A DNA stretch of 64,000 nucleotides from Candidatus Kapaibacterium sp. (GCA_963665665.1 OY762428.1:1216001-1280000), one strand, 5' to 3'. Counted from the first letter of the stretch, positions 9,758 to 21,205 are shown. Notes: a model not told the origin generated them from the letters alone. Numbers and translations are program-made.

Positions 9758-10655
9758 TATTAACTCCCGGTGGTTGATGTTTCCATCTTCTGTGCTGCCA
9801 TGCCCAGAGTTCAGGTTTCTTCCTTATCTGGTTTTCAAGCTCCCGGACGTGCCTTTTAGTTAGTTCAAGGATTCCCTCGGTTGTATCTTCAAGATCATCG
9901 TGAGGTATTTCTTTCAACTCGACCATGTATCTTCCGTCATTCTGTCTTTCGGCAAATCCCATAATAATCGGTGTTTCAAACTTCAATGCCAGAGCAGCCG
10001 GTGATTCAAACGTTGATGCCGGCCTGCCAAAAAAATCAACAAAAACATCCTTATCTTTAGAAGCACTTTGGTCGGCAAGCAGAGCAACTGTCTCGCCTTT
10101 ACGAATTGTTTTCACAATTGTCATAGCCGCTTTGTACATTGAAACAATTTTATTACCCGAACGGGTTCGGAATTTATTCAGGTAATTGTCGAAATATTTA
10201 TTCTTCTGTGGTTTAACAATGATCGTACAGGGAATACCTGTGAATATTCCGGCAGAATATGCCAGTATTTCCCAGTTCCCATAATGTCCTGACAATAAAA
10301 TCAGGCCTTTACCCCGGGCATGAAGATTACGAACCATATCAATATTTTTATATTCAATCAGATTCTTCAGGCTATCATCATCCATATTCCTGAAAACAAG
10401 AGATTCAAGTAATACTATACCAAGATTCTGAAATGATTTTTTTGAAATAATTTCAATTCCGGATAATGCTTTTTCAGGAAAAGCCTTGGACAAATTATTA
10501 AAAGTAATCCTTCTTCTTGATGGTGAAATCAGGTAAAACACATTTCCCAATATCTTACCAAATGCTCCCGCAGCTTCAAAACCAAAAAATGATATTACTT
10601 TTCCAATAATCAATAATATATTCGTTATAAATATTTCCTGAAATTTTATTTTCAT
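9744..10655 (-). CDS. Lipid A late acyltransferase (LpxL/HtrB family)
   Basis: GHYGNWE catalytic motif, LADQ, FFGRPA, PELWAWQHRRWK. Confidence 0.92.
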   Translation of the reverse strand: MKIKFQEIFITNILLIIGKVISFFGFEAAGAFGKILGNVFYLISPSRRRITFNNLSKAFPEKALSGIEIISKKSFQNLGIVLLESLVFRNMDDDSLKNLIEYKNIDMVRNLHARGKGLILLSGHYGNWEILAYSAGIFTGIPCTIIVKPQKNKYFDNYLNKFRTRSGNKIVSMYKAAMTIVKTIRKGETVALLADQSASKDKDVFVDFFGRPASTFESPAALALKFETPIIMGFAERQNDGRYMVELKEIPHDDLEDTTEGILELTKRHVRELENQIRKKPELWAWQHRRWKHQPPGVNNEKK

Positions 10656-10657
10656 CT

Positions 10658-12085
10658 CTACAAACCATTGTCCTGTGTATCGTTATTATCGCGAAAGATC
10701 TGCACATTGTTTCTGAACCAATCCGGATCATACATTTCCCCGGTCATATTGGAATGAACCAGAAGATAATTACTTATTCCCTGCCTGTCCACAAAAAAGA
10801 ATTCCGAACCGCCCCTTAATTCAGCGTAGAACCAACGCTCGTAAGGCCTGTTGTTGCCTTCCTGTGGAAATCTCTCTATTTCAGTAGGTTGGCCATATAC
10901 TAACAATATCCTGCCCCGATCGGTTCTCCAGCCGTCTCTTAACTCACCAACTTTGAAAAACTTGTTAGCATAATCAATATTTCTTCTGTATTCAACCAAT
11001 TTTTCGTTAACAGGGGTCTGGTTATCAGTATCCCTTAGTTTCCAGAACCTGTAAAGAAATCTTTGTTTTGCCTCGGTGGTTTCAAGTATTTCAAATTTTT
11101 CTTTCTCATCTTTTGTTGCAAGATATTTTGCCTGCTGGAATTCAAGTTCCAGCCTGGCATCAGACATTGTGGAAAATTCACTTTGCTCGAAAGTACCACT
11201 TTCAATAAATTTTGTTAATTGTTCAGGCGGCATTTCAGGATTGATATAATAGAATCTTTTCTTTGTTCTAATTGTATCATTAGAATTTTTTGTTTTATTC
11301 ACTATACTTGCAGTAAGGAAATACAAGCCACTGGTTAATGGGTCGAGAGATAACTCAACTATTTGCCCCATACCGTCGGAATATGGCTTAAGTGATTTAT
11401 TTAAAGTAACTATTTCCTTATTCAGCGCATTGTCAAGCCTGTATGAAATCTCAATTTCATCACCACCAAAAGTTGCGGCATTGTAAATTTCGTAATAACC
11501 TCTTAATATGGGGTTATCGCCATAGAAAGTAATTTCCGGATTGGGAACAACATAAATATTGTTTTTAACAAACATTTTATTCCATGTATCATTTTTTGTT
11601 GTATCGGCACTGATGAACCTTGCAAGCTGTATCTGGCTTATTCCGATAGTTTTCTCCGGAAATGATTCGGCTGTAAACTTAAATTTTTTTTCGGCCTTAG
11701 TAGATGGATCATATACATCCCTTACCTTCAATACCACTTCATACTTGCCCGGGCTTACAGAATATTTCTTTTCGCCCATAAGGTCCTGCATCAACTTTTT
11801 CGATGGCGATTTTGTTGTATGCTTCAATTCCCAGGAATCAGTCAGCGTATCCAATCCTGATGATATTAACAGCAAATCAATTTTTAACCTGCCCTCGTAA
11901 TTGCCCTCGTTGACGTATTCATATTTCAGCAATGTATCCGGAAATGAATAATATATCTCCCAAATTAAATTTTTTCCCTCACCCCTGAACAAAGCGGCAT
12001 CAAATGATAAATTTACTCTTTTCGCCGGTACAGAATGAGCAAATGAAGATAATAAAAAAAGTATTAAGAAAATCGACCTTTTCAT
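10658..12085 (-). CDS. GWxTD domain-containing secreted protein
   Basis: Signal peptide; FWKLRD..TPVNE...GWRTDRGRILLVYGQP...YERWFY. Confidence 0.92.
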   Translation of the reverse strand: MKRSIFLILFLLSSFAHSVPAKRVNLSFDAALFRGEGKNLIWEIYYSFPDTLLKYEYVNEGNYEGRLKIDLLLISSGLDTLTDSWELKHTTKSPSKKLMQDLMGEKKYSVSPGKYEVVLKVRDVYDPSTKAEKKFKFTAESFPEKTIGISQIQLARFISADTTKNDTWNKMFVKNNIYVVPNPEITFYGDNPILRGYYEIYNAATFGGDEIEISYRLDNALNKEIVTLNKSLKPYSDGMGQIVELSLDPLTSGLYFLTASIVNKTKNSNDTIRTKKRFYYINPEMPPEQLTKFIESGTFEQSEFSTMSDARLELEFQQAKYLATKDEKEKFEILETTEAKQRFLYRFWKLRDTDNQTPVNEKLVEYRRNIDYANKFFKVGELRDGWRTDRGRILLVYGQPTEIERFPQEGNNRPYERWFYAELRGGSEFFFVDRQGISNYLLVHSNMTGEMYDPDWFRNNVQIFRDNNDTQDNGL

Positions 12086-12148
12086 ATTAGCACCATAGTT
12101 AAAATATTAAACATATATATATCCGGCGAAACTTTAAAAATTTATTTT

Positions 12149-12185
12149 AAAAAAAATGCCGCCCTTTTGAATATAAGAGCGGCAT
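12149..12185 (-). terminator. Rho-independent terminator after porV-like gene
   Basis: ATGCCGC/GCGGCAT stem followed by a T-run on the minus strand. Confidence 0.65.
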
Positions 12186-12206
12186 AATCAAAAATAAAAC
12201 TTCGGC

Positions 12207-13250
12207 TTAGTCCATTTTCATGCCAATTGAAATTCTGTGTACTGTTGTGAAGTCTTCCAATGGGCTTATTGAATAATTAACAGAACCGTTGAATCCGCCA
12301 CCAATATACTGGATACCAGCGCCGCCGGAGAATCCGAATGAATCCTGGCCAAGCAGGTAACCGGCGCGTAATGAAAGCAGATTGTGCCATGTATATTCTG
12401 CTCCGAGAGCAAACTGCTCGGGAACATCAGAATATGTAAAGAAGTCGGCAGCAACCAAAAGTTTGTGTTCATCTTCAATATTAATAATTTCCGATGACAA
12501 ACCGGCACGGAATATCAATGGAATGTTGTATGAACTGGAAAGATATTCAGCATCAAGCGGGCTTGCGTCAAGAGATGTGAACAACTGTTTTGTTGTCCTC
12601 AGGTCCTGACCCATGTACTGCATGGTTGTACCAAGATTAAAAATAGCAAAACCAAGAGTAATACCCTGAATACCGGTATAATATTTCGTTCCTACGTCAA
12701 ATGCAATACCGTCACTGGAAAGGCTTGCAAATGAATTCTGAATATACTTTGCTGTAATACCGAATGAGAACTGATCTGTGAGATAACCACTAAATGACAG
12801 CCCTACTTCAACATCACTTACAGTATATTTAGAACCTGTTCCCTGCTGTTCTTCCATTGTTGTAATCGGAATCGGGTCGGAAGAAAAGCTGATTGCGTGA
12901 GCAGCAACAGTAAAGCTTTCGCCAAGTGGAGCTGCAACAGCGGCAAAATTGTGTGAAAAATCAGCAAACCACTGAGTATAAGAGAAATTTGCCCCTAATC
13001 CTTTCACGTCGGCAAGGCCAGCCGGGTTCCAGAAAATTGATGTAATATCGTTTGCAACGCCTGTATAAGCGCCACCCATAGCATTTGCCCTGGCGCCAAC
13101 TCCAATTTTAAGGAACTGGGAGCCAGAGGCACCAATTTTTTCAAAATCACCTGCTGACGACCCGTAAACTACATTGTCAACAGCCTTTGCCTGGTAGCTG
13201 AATAAGATCAGCACGAGACTTAAACAAATAATTGAAAATAATTTTTTCAT
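12207..13250 (-). CDS. PorV/PorQ family outer-membrane beta-barrel
   Basis: FLKIGVGARANAMGGA..A.D..SIFWNPAGLA motif, GAEY..LRAGY, C-terminal HRISIG; ATG at 13250. Confidence 0.9.
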   Translation of the reverse strand: MKKLFSIICLSLVLILFSYQAKAVDNVVYGSSAGDFEKIGASGSQFLKIGVGARANAMGGAYTGVANDITSIFWNPAGLADVKGLGANFSYTQWFADFSHNFAAVAAPLGESFTVAAHAISFSSDPIPITTMEEQQGTGSKYTVSDVEVGLSFSGYLTDQFSFGITAKYIQNSFASLSSDGIAFDVGTKYYTGIQGITLGFAIFNLGTTMQYMGQDLRTTKQLFTSLDASPLDAEYLSSSYNIPLIFRAGLSSEIINIEDEHKLLVAADFFTYSDVPEQFALGAEYTWHNLLSLRAGYLLGQDSFGFSGGAGIQYIGGGFNGSVNYSISPLEDFTTVHRISIGMKMD

Positions 13251-13329
13251 TTTATTACGTACTCCGATAATTTTTTTCAAATTTTTAAATTCAGGCCGGT
13301 TTAATAATAATCCGGCCTGATCATTAATA

Positions 13330-16300
13330 TTAATTATCATCAGATATAATCCTGAATCCACCAACTACAACAGAGAATTTCTTCACTGTCTGAGCTCCGT
13401 CCGGAGTTTTAATTAAAGCTACCAGAGTCTGACTTTCAATTCTTTGTTTATTTGTTGAAAGTAAATCCCAAACTTCAACTGAATGCCTGTCAACTTCGCC
13501 GGTTCTACCATCGTGCTCGATTGTCTGGATAAGATCACCGAGTACAGTATAAATTTCAATTGTACAAACAGGAGGAAGTTTTGTGAAATAGATTCTGCCG
13601 TCATAAGGTGATTTCTGTCCCTGGTGTGTAACATAATACGGGTTAGGAACAACCATCACATCATCCATCATATCGTCTGAATATTTACCATCAAGAGGCT
13701 GTTTCTGGCTAACAGTAAAGCGTACTTTTGCATTTGGTAAAGGAAGCCCGAGAGCACCGCCAAATGTTTTGAATGTAACTTTGTCGCCATCTTTAAAGTC
13801 AGGGCCGCCCCACTGGTATTCATCAACAGGAACAGAAAATGGCTCATCATTACCATATACATCATTCCAGTCATTATTGGAGGCAGTTTTGAAACGTGCT
13901 TTATTAGCATAATCCATTACAAACTGGCAACTGGAAACTACAACCCTGTGTGTAAAGTCAATAGTATCCTGTCCGTCTTCGGAAACTGCTGTAAGATAAT
14001 ATCTTCCCTGCTGTCCGATAATCGGGAACTGCTGTTCGGAAAGCCAGCCTGAAACAGGTTTTGCTATCTGCCTTGGAACTCTGATTGTTGTATTAACCCT
14101 TCTACCGTTAACAAAACCAACAGCAGAAATATTATATTTATCAATCATATCTTCACTATCAAAACCAAGTGTCTTTGGATGCGGATATGATTCAAGAGTC
14201 TCATTTCCATCCACAACAGTATCAATAGGAATATATTTGTGTTCCATTATATTCGGATATCTAACAGCAACAGAATCAAGTGAGTTCATTGATACAGGCC
14301 TGTTATAGGATATTACATTCTTAACAACCATATCAAGATATCTAACCTGGAATGTATTTCTGTCAGCGCCATTATTCCATGTAAGGTCCATTGTTTCAAC
14401 CCCGCCATTATCTACAAATTCAACTTCAACTTCGGCAGGGCCGTTATTGAATGAACTGTAAACAGGAACAGGATACCAGGAAGTACCAGTATTTAATGCA
14501 GACTGCTGAGCTACTTCCATTGTTGTGTAACACTCACTTGTGTACTCTAAAATATCTCCATCTTCAACTCTTTGACGATCGACATCAATAAATGATACAG
14601 GTGTGATAGCTTCAACACCAGAGTTCTTTATTGCTGTATCCGGCCTGTACCTTCCGCCCCACTGCTCTAAGCTGTAACGGAAACTGAATCCCATTGTGCC
14701 ATAAGCTTCGCGGGAGAAACTATAATTATAGCAGAAACGAGGAGTTCTGAAATCGCCTGTTTTGAATTCACCGGAACGATATCTTTTCTCCCTGTTATAG
14801 GGCCTTCCGAATGTAATTTCTTTATTTGAAATCGAGTCGATAATTACTTCGTCAGACAGGATGTATGAGTAAGAGTTCTCTGTGAAAGCACCCCTGTAAA
14901 GGAACTGGCAGGGAGATACTTCAAGAAGAGTAACACCGTCGAATAATACATCGTCTGTTTTTTCATTTTTAATAGTCATTCTTCTGCGGTAAAGGCCAAA
15001 TTCTCTTTCATTGTCTTCGCCAAAGCGAATTGTTGAAAGATCCCAGTAAGGATTAAACTCAAGAACCAGAGTATCACCGCCAAAGAGCTGTGTTACCCTG
15101 TCTTCGTCTATCGCGAAGAATTTGAAATCATAAAGGCCGCCAATAAGACTGGAGTCAACGCTGAGAATATTAAATTCAAGTTCTTCTCCAATTTCTTCAG
15201 CTTTTGGTATTGAAGTTACAACGTTAGGAGTCTGTGTGTTACCACTGTTAATCTTCACAGGTGTTTTCTGTGCGTAATCACCTTCGTCATAAGCAAGCAT
15301 TTTATAATAATAATCAACATTGTTGATAATTTTCTCGGTTTTTGCCGGATCATCGTTCAGGGAAATAACACCGTCAACATTATCATCACCGATATCAACA
15401 AATGTTCGGCCATTAGTCTGTTGTTCCATGTAAGGTTTAATTACACTGTCAAGAACATTAAATCCGCGGGATTCATCAACAGCATAAAGATCTGGAAATA
15501 TTAGCTTAACCGAACCATCCTCGATGAACTGATAAAGAGAATCCAGAGCAGCCTGAACGTGCGCGCTGTCAAGCATGCATTCTTCAGGATTTTCAAAAGG
15601 AGTTCTTGTATCAATTACCCATCTGTCGGCACCGTCAACTTCAATCTGCCTGTATGTATTCCTGAGATAAACTTTAATTATCTCGTTTGTTGTCTCGTCT
15701 TTTACAATACCGTTTTCAGGAAGTCCTGTGGTATCGTCAATAGTTTCAGTTTTCGAGTAGAAAAGCAATGGGTTGTAATCGATAAGAGCTGTATTAAGTT
15801 CAGCTTTACCAACCATAACATTTTCCATAATAAAATGATTCGGCTCATCTTCTCTCCAAATCATCGGTGTAGCGCCTTCTTCAACAAAACTGTTATAATA
15901 CGGACCCCATGGCCTGGAACTTGAAACCGTATCAAACATAGCAATGATCGGCGTATACAGACCAGCATTTAATACTCCGGCAAGTGAGTCGCCAAATACC
16001 CTTACACCCTGGCCAAGACGAAGAACACGAATTGAATTCATATCAACCTGTCCGTTTTCAATTACAGGGTAGAGAATTCTAAGTGAATCAATATACGGAT
16101 ACCCTGTTCCGGGTTCATTTCCGCCGGCAACATGAGAAGATTTCTGGAATGGAGTGGGTAACTGCCACTGAGCAATCTGTTTCCATCCAAACGGGCCTTT
16201 TCCTGAAGGATATGCCAGGTTGGCAGCTTCATTGTTTACGCTGAATGTATCAAGGTCATCCCTGCGTGCACGATATAGCCTGTAGCCAAGAAAATCAAGG

Positions 16301-17895
16301 CCGTCTTCTATTTTATCCTGTGATTCTTCTGATTTTTCGTCCCAATGAACAATTACGCCATTATTAATCGGACTATAAGTTAATTCACACCTCTGCGGCG
16401 GAGTAGGAGCGCGGAAGTTATTGTCGTAAACAGCCTGTGCAAATTTATCTCTTTCCACAAGGTCGGCAAGGTCTTCTTCCGATCCGTCCGTTTCATCCCT
16501 TACAGAAGCATTAGCAAGAACAATAGCAACCACAACACGAACAGTATCGCCCGGCCTCATGTGGAAGGGCCCGGTTGCCATCATAAATCGTTTATCACCA
16601 GGGCCGTTATCGCCGTCCCTCAGGCCTGACGACATAAAGTCGTACCTGCGATAATCCTCGTTTATATCATCTGCAATAGCCCAGTTACGGAATGTTCTCA
16701 AACCAAGCTGTTCCGCATTAGCATAAAAGCGTTTGTCCTTACGAACAAAATTTGTACTGTCAACAATTCTTTCAGCATAAGTTGTATCATAAACCCAAAC
16801 TGAATTAACAGAATCATAAGTTCTGTCAATTGTAGTGTCTATCACGTGAATAGTTGCAGGAGATTCCAGGAAGTCGAAACCAAGATATCCAAAGCCGTAG
16901 CCTTTTTCACCCTGGTCGTCGTTTGTCCACTGGAAAGCCATATTCAGTGTTGAATCTTCTTCATAATAACGAGTCCTGTCGTTAGCAGCACCATTCTGAG
17001 AGTTGGCGCCGCGGGCAATATCTACGTCCATAACCGGAGCCATCCAGCATTGCCAGAGTGTATCAGGCGAGAAGTTGATAATATCATATTTCAGGAAGAT
17101 AAAATCTTTATAATCGCCAAATCCCCATGAATAAATGGTTGTTTCAAACTGAAGGCGCATCGGGTATCCGCGGTCGAGCATTTCTGTAACACCACCGTCA
17201 AAGAAGTTAATATCAGTATCTTTGAATACTGCAATAATATCTTCACCGGAAATAAATGCGGGGCCTTTCGGGTGCTCTGCCACAGTCCTGAGTTCAGGAT
17301 CAGCTTCATAAGTACCGAAATAGCGGTTAAATTTAAGTGTATCGTTGGGGTCGTCGCTTGAATCCCAGATTGGCCATGCTTCCATGTCAGTATCACCGTA
17401 AGGTGTACCGTCGGAAGTATTAAAATCAGTAGAGAAATATGTTCTGTATTTTGTTGTTTCATCCTGATCTGCAAGGTCCTCATCATCATAAGCAATGTGG
17501 CCCGGCACCATCCAGGAACGTCCGTTATTCGGATTGTAGGAAACTTCAACATACTTTGTCATAACTGTATCTTCGGGAAGCCTGTATTTCTGCGAACCAA
17601 ACCAGATACCACCACCAAAGATGTACTGGTTCTGGGAGTTGCGCGGCCAATACCCGCCGCCACGTCCGGTGGCAACATTCAGGCCAAAGATACCATAGTT
17701 AGTTGTATAGAACTGTATATTACTTACAGTATTCTGCTGTAAATCAAAATATCCGGAATATGTTCTCTGAACCTGCTCTTTGTTTTTCTTTGCCACAGGC
17801 TCCACCGGAGTTTTTGTTTTCGCCATTAACTGAACTGATGATGTTGTAAACATCAGTACTGCCATGAAGAAAACAATTCTCTTAAATAATTTCAT
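13330..17895 (-). CDS. 1521-aa secreted protein with T9SS-CTD-like C-terminus
   Basis: Signal peptide; acidic; FnIII-like segment (IVHWD..GYRLYR..YYYKMLAYD); C-terminal VVPNPY..IYFTKLP..IEIYT..GDLI..WDL. Confidence 0.85.
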   Translation of the reverse strand: MKLFKRIVFFMAVLMFTTSSVQLMAKTKTPVEPVAKKNKEQVQRTYSGYFDLQQNTVSNIQFYTTNYGIFGLNVATGRGGGYWPRNSQNQYIFGGGIWFGSQKYRLPEDTVMTKYVEVSYNPNNGRSWMVPGHIAYDDEDLADQDETTKYRTYFSTDFNTSDGTPYGDTDMEAWPIWDSSDDPNDTLKFNRYFGTYEADPELRTVAEHPKGPAFISGEDIIAVFKDTDINFFDGGVTEMLDRGYPMRLQFETTIYSWGFGDYKDFIFLKYDIINFSPDTLWQCWMAPVMDVDIARGANSQNGAANDRTRYYEEDSTLNMAFQWTNDDQGEKGYGFGYLGFDFLESPATIHVIDTTIDRTYDSVNSVWVYDTTYAERIVDSTNFVRKDKRFYANAEQLGLRTFRNWAIADDINEDYRRYDFMSSGLRDGDNGPGDKRFMMATGPFHMRPGDTVRVVVAIVLANASVRDETDGSEEDLADLVERDKFAQAVYDNNFRAPTPPQRCELTYSPINNGVIVHWDEKSEESQDKIEDGLDFLGYRLYRARRDDLDTFSVNNEAANLAYPSGKGPFGWKQIAQWQLPTPFQKSSHVAGGNEPGTGYPYIDSLRILYPVIENGQVDMNSIRVLRLGQGVRVFGDSLAGVLNAGLYTPIIAMFDTVSSSRPWGPYYNSFVEEGATPMIWREDEPNHFIMENVMVGKAELNTALIDYNPLLFYSKTETIDDTTGLPENGIVKDETTNEIIKVYLRNTYRQIEVDGADRWVIDTRTPFENPEECMLDSAHVQAALDSLYQFIEDGSVKLIFPDLYAVDESRGFNVLDSVIKPYMEQQTNGRTFVDIGDDNVDGVISLNDDPAKTEKIINNVDYYYKMLAYDEGDYAQKTPVKINSGNTQTPNVVTSIPKAEEIGEELEFNILSVDSSLIGGLYDFKFFAIDEDRVTQLFGGDTLVLEFNPYWDLSTIRFGEDNEREFGLYRRRMTIKNEKTDDVLFDGVTLLEVSPCQFLYRGAFTENSYSYILSDEVIIDSISNKEITFGRPYNREKRYRSGEFKTGDFRTPRFCYNYSFSREAYGTMGFSFRYSLEQWGGRYRPDTAIKNSGVEAITPVSFIDVDRQRVEDGDILEYTSECYTTMEVAQQSALNTGTSWYPVPVYSSFNNGPAEVEVEFVDNGGVETMDLTWNNGADRNTFQVRYLDMVVKNVISYNRPVSMNSLDSVAVRYPNIMEHKYIPIDTVVDGNETLESYPHPKTLGFDSEDMIDKYNISAVGFVNGRRVNTTIRVPRQIAKPVSGWLSEQQFPIIGQQGRYYLTAVSEDGQDTIDFTHRVVVSSCQFVMDYANKARFKTASNNDWNDVYGNDEPFSVPVDEYQWGGPDFKDGDKVTFKTFGGALGLPLPNAKVRFTVSQKQPLDGKYSDDMMDDVMVVPNPYYVTHQGQKSPYDGRIYFTKLPPVCTIEIYTVLGDLIQTIEHDGRTGEVDRHSVEVWDLLSTNKQRIESQTLVALIKTPDGAQTVKKFSVVVGGFRIISDDN

Positions 17896-17986
17896 AATTT
17901 TTTATCCTTTCGACAATACGCTGATAATTCAATTTTTAATAAATTACCGGGCCTGATGAAAAATTCAGGCCCATATCATACTAAAT

Positions 17987-20900
17987 TTAGAAATGGAAAT
18001 ATAGTCCGACCTCTGCTGTTCTCGGAGTCTGGTATCTGCCCCTGAACTGAACGAGAGTCCTGATATAATTAATATAGCTTTCATATTTTTCGAGCTGTGT
18101 TACAATACCGTTACGATCGTGATCGGAATTGATATTATAAAGCCTTTCGCCATAAAGATCATACTGATCGGAGCTGAATGTTTCTGCTATGGAGTAATCC
18201 GGCTCGTCATAGAATGATACGCTGCTGAATACACCAATACTGCGATAAATTGAAATACCATCGTCATCAGGATCGGATGTTGCAGGATAGTATCCTGTCG
18301 GTTCCTGTCTGTCAAGCAGGTTAAATATATTGAAATAAAGTTCAAGCTGTGAGTCGGCAGCCGATTCACCAAAAATATCTTTAAGATTAAATGTTTTTGA
18401 CAGCCTGAGGTTTATATTCCAGTAGGAAGGATTCCTTTCGCCGTTCTGTTCGCCAATAGCCACACCCGAAGAATTGATCTTCGTGTATGGGTAACCTGAG
18501 CGCCACAGTCCCGAGAAGTTTGCTCTTGTGTTTGCAAGAGGAAATACTCCGCCGATTTCAGGGCCTTCTTCGTCGTTAAGGAATAAATCAATAATAAAGT
18601 TAAACCTGTGCCTTACGTCATTGCTAAGAGCATAAGTTGAAAGCGGGAAAGCAAGAAGGTCAGTGTATGGATCCACCGGCGGGTTATAGTTTGAACCGGA
18701 ACCGGAAGATGTACCTTCAAGGTATCCCAAAGTATAATTAAGCCTGAAGCCGTAGTTGTCGGAATGCATTTTCCTGAGTGTAAGCTCAAGGCCTCTTGAA
18801 TTACCATATTCGTTCACAGCATACTGATAGAAAGGATCCGGAACCACTGCGTAATAAACCAAACCAACCTGGTTGTAAATATCACGATAATATAGAGTGG
18901 CAGAAATTGACATTTCATCAGTAAACTGATTTTCGTACTGTACCTGATACTGATTAGTTCTCTGTGCATCAATGTTAGGATCGCCAAGAACCTGATTTCC
19001 CCTGGCATCGTCTTTGAAGAAGTTATCATACAACAAGCCAACCTGAGGCATCTGGAAATACATACCGTAGTTGATAGATATATTTGAACTTGCTGTTATA
19101 GGATAAGCCACGTTGATCCTCGGGCTTACCTGAATTTTGGCATCAGAATCAACAAAAAGTGAATCGTCTGAAATACCAAGAAATACATCAGTACCTTCAG
19201 GCCTTGAATACAGGTTTGGATTGAAATAATCAAACCTTACACCAGGGCTGAAAATCACGCCTTTATAAGTAACCTGGTCCTGTGCGTAAGCAGACATTCT
19301 CCATGGTTTAACAGGCTTACTTGTTTTTTCGGCTGTTTCAAGATAATCCACGTAGAAGTTGCCGCCCCACTCGTCTGTGTAAACATCAAAAAAGGGGCTC
19401 TGCTCGGATGGTGATTGATTATAGTGACGTCCCATTTCATAAGTTCTGAATTCAAAACCAGTCTTGAAAATATGAGAGAATTCTTCGCCTTCACCTTCAC
19501 CAATTGGCGTAGTGAATAATTTTGTATAAGAACCTTCTATCTGGTAGTAGGATCCTCTTCTAAGCTGGAATCCGGATGATCCGTGAGTAACGAAGAAATA
19601 CTGTAGTCCGTAGGAATTCTTTGTACCACTTGAATTTCCAGGGCCTTCGAAATAACCTGTAAGAGGGTTTACAATTGGCATGGAACCGAAAAGATAACCG
19701 TCTGAAGTTGTCCTGAAAGCTGTAGGCTGCTGGTAGTGATCCACGGCACCGTCGCCATAACCAGTTCCTGCCCAAACCAGGCCGCTGTTCGAGAACCTGA
19801 TATTATCCTGAGGTATCAGGAAGTCAAAGCCGGTGAAAAATCCCGGGTCATCAGTATTTACTCTTCTTGCAGTTTCATCATTTGTTTTTGATGTAGAAAC
19901 TTTTAATTCGTAAAAGCTTTTTGAATCGATTGTATGATTCAATTTAATATATGCAGTTGACATCAATGAGTTAGAAACATTTTGCTTCATAACTCTTTCA
20001 GGAATGCCATTTGTTGTTTCAAGAATTTCTCCCTGCGAGGTTGTATCATAAAATACCCCGGGGTCGTCAGCAAAATACCAGTTCCAGGATGAGTTAGCCC
20101 AGCTTGTAAGGCCAAACTGGCCGCCAACGATAAGCTGAATATCCTGTGAAATTGAAAATTTCAAATTACCTGTAATATTTTTCATCCATATACCAGAACC
20201 CGGAATATCTGATATTGTCAAACCGGAAGGATCCTGGATATCATAACCTGAATTTTCAGTACGTGACTGATATTTTGTGGCAATATAAAATGTAGAGTTT
20301 TCAAGAACAGGAAGAGGCAGCGGGCCGCCAAAACCAATGTCGAACTGGTTTTCGTTTGATGAGAACAAATCAGCTCCACCATCAATCTGGATAATCTTCA
20401 GCTGATTTCCATCGCGGATAACATCTGCTGTTTCATCGTTCGAACCATAAAGAAGCCCGAAAGGCCTTGTCCAGTTGATAAAACCTTCATATTTATTATT
20501 ACGGCCGTGTTTAACCATTGTATTAACAATACCGCCAAGAGCATCGCCATATTCAGCAGAAAAACCACCGGTAAGAACCTGGATCTCTTCTGTTGCAAAT
20601 GATGAAACGATCGGGGCATAAGTCATACCTGCACCACCGGCACCACCAGTAAACTGATTACTAACATCAACACCGTCAACGCGGATCTGAGTTTCAGTAT
20701 TCCTGGCACCCCTGATAGATACACCACCGCCGCCTGTTACAGCACCGGCTGTGAAGCCGATAACCGACTGAACGCTGGTACCAACAGTCGAAGTGATCTC
20801 TTCGCTGCCCATTTGCTGCACCTTACCAACCGCGCCGTTGTTAACCATTACTTTAGCGCCGACAACTTCAATTCCTTCTGTTTCAGTAACTTTATTTGTC

Positions 20901-21205
20901 AATTCAACAGAAATATTGGAAGTCTGATCGGCAGAAATCGTAACCTTTACGTTGTATTCATTGAATCCAACAGAAGTTACTTTAACAGTATAAGTACCTG
21001 CCGGAATGTTCACAATTGTAAATGAACCGTTTTTGTCCTTAACGTAGGTACCTCGGGTAGTACCCTCGACCCTTACCGTCGCACCTATAACCGGCTTGCC
21101 TTCATCGTCCACGACTTTACCTTTCAGAATACCGTATATACCGGCATCCGAGGTGACGGGGTAAAGGAAGCAAGCTACCAGTAGTAGAATAAGCACTTTA
21201 CGCAT
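17987..21205 (-). CDS. TonB-dependent receptor with N-terminal carboxypeptidase-regulatory-like domain
   Basis: GKVVD..G.PVIGATV..G.Y.V.V..VGF, plug IRG..GGFSAEYG.ALGG, YAQD..G.RFDYF..SPRI, ends GLYFHF; ATG at 21205. Confidence 0.92.
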   Translation of the reverse strand: MRKVLILLLVACFLYPVTSDAGIYGILKGKVVDDEGKPVIGATVRVEGTTRGTYVKDKNGSFTIVNIPAGTYTVKVTSVGFNEYNVKVTISADQTSNISVELTNKVTETEGIEVVGAKVMVNNGAVGKVQQMGSEEITSTVGTSVQSVIGFTAGAVTGGGGVSIRGARNTETQIRVDGVDVSNQFTGGAGGAGMTYAPIVSSFATEEIQVLTGGFSAEYGDALGGIVNTMVKHGRNNKYEGFINWTRPFGLLYGSNDETADVIRDGNQLKIIQIDGGADLFSSNENQFDIGFGGPLPLPVLENSTFYIATKYQSRTENSGYDIQDPSGLTISDIPGSGIWMKNITGNLKFSISQDIQLIVGGQFGLTSWANSSWNWYFADDPGVFYDTTSQGEILETTNGIPERVMKQNVSNSLMSTAYIKLNHTIDSKSFYELKVSTSKTNDETARRVNTDDPGFFTGFDFLIPQDNIRFSNSGLVWAGTGYGDGAVDHYQQPTAFRTTSDGYLFGSMPIVNPLTGYFEGPGNSSGTKNSYGLQYFFVTHGSSGFQLRRGSYYQIEGSYTKLFTTPIGEGEGEEFSHIFKTGFEFRTYEMGRHYNQSPSEQSPFFDVYTDEWGGNFYVDYLETAEKTSKPVKPWRMSAYAQDQVTYKGVIFSPGVRFDYFNPNLYSRPEGTDVFLGISDDSLFVDSDAKIQVSPRINVAYPITASSNISINYGMYFQMPQVGLLYDNFFKDDARGNQVLGDPNIDAQRTNQYQVQYENQFTDEMSISATLYYRDIYNQVGLVYYAVVPDPFYQYAVNEYGNSRGLELTLRKMHSDNYGFRLNYTLGYLEGTSSGSGSNYNPPVDPYTDLLAFPLSTYALSNDVRHRFNFIIDLFLNDEEGPEIGGVFPLANTRANFSGLWRSGYPYTKINSSGVAIGEQNGERNPSYWNINLRLSKTFNLKDIFGESAADSQLELYFNIFNLLDRQEPTGYYPATSDPDDDGISIYRSIGVFSSVSFYDEPDYSIAETFSSDQYDLYGERLYNINSDHDRNGIVTQLEKYESYINYIRTLVQFRGRYQTPRTAEVGLYFHF

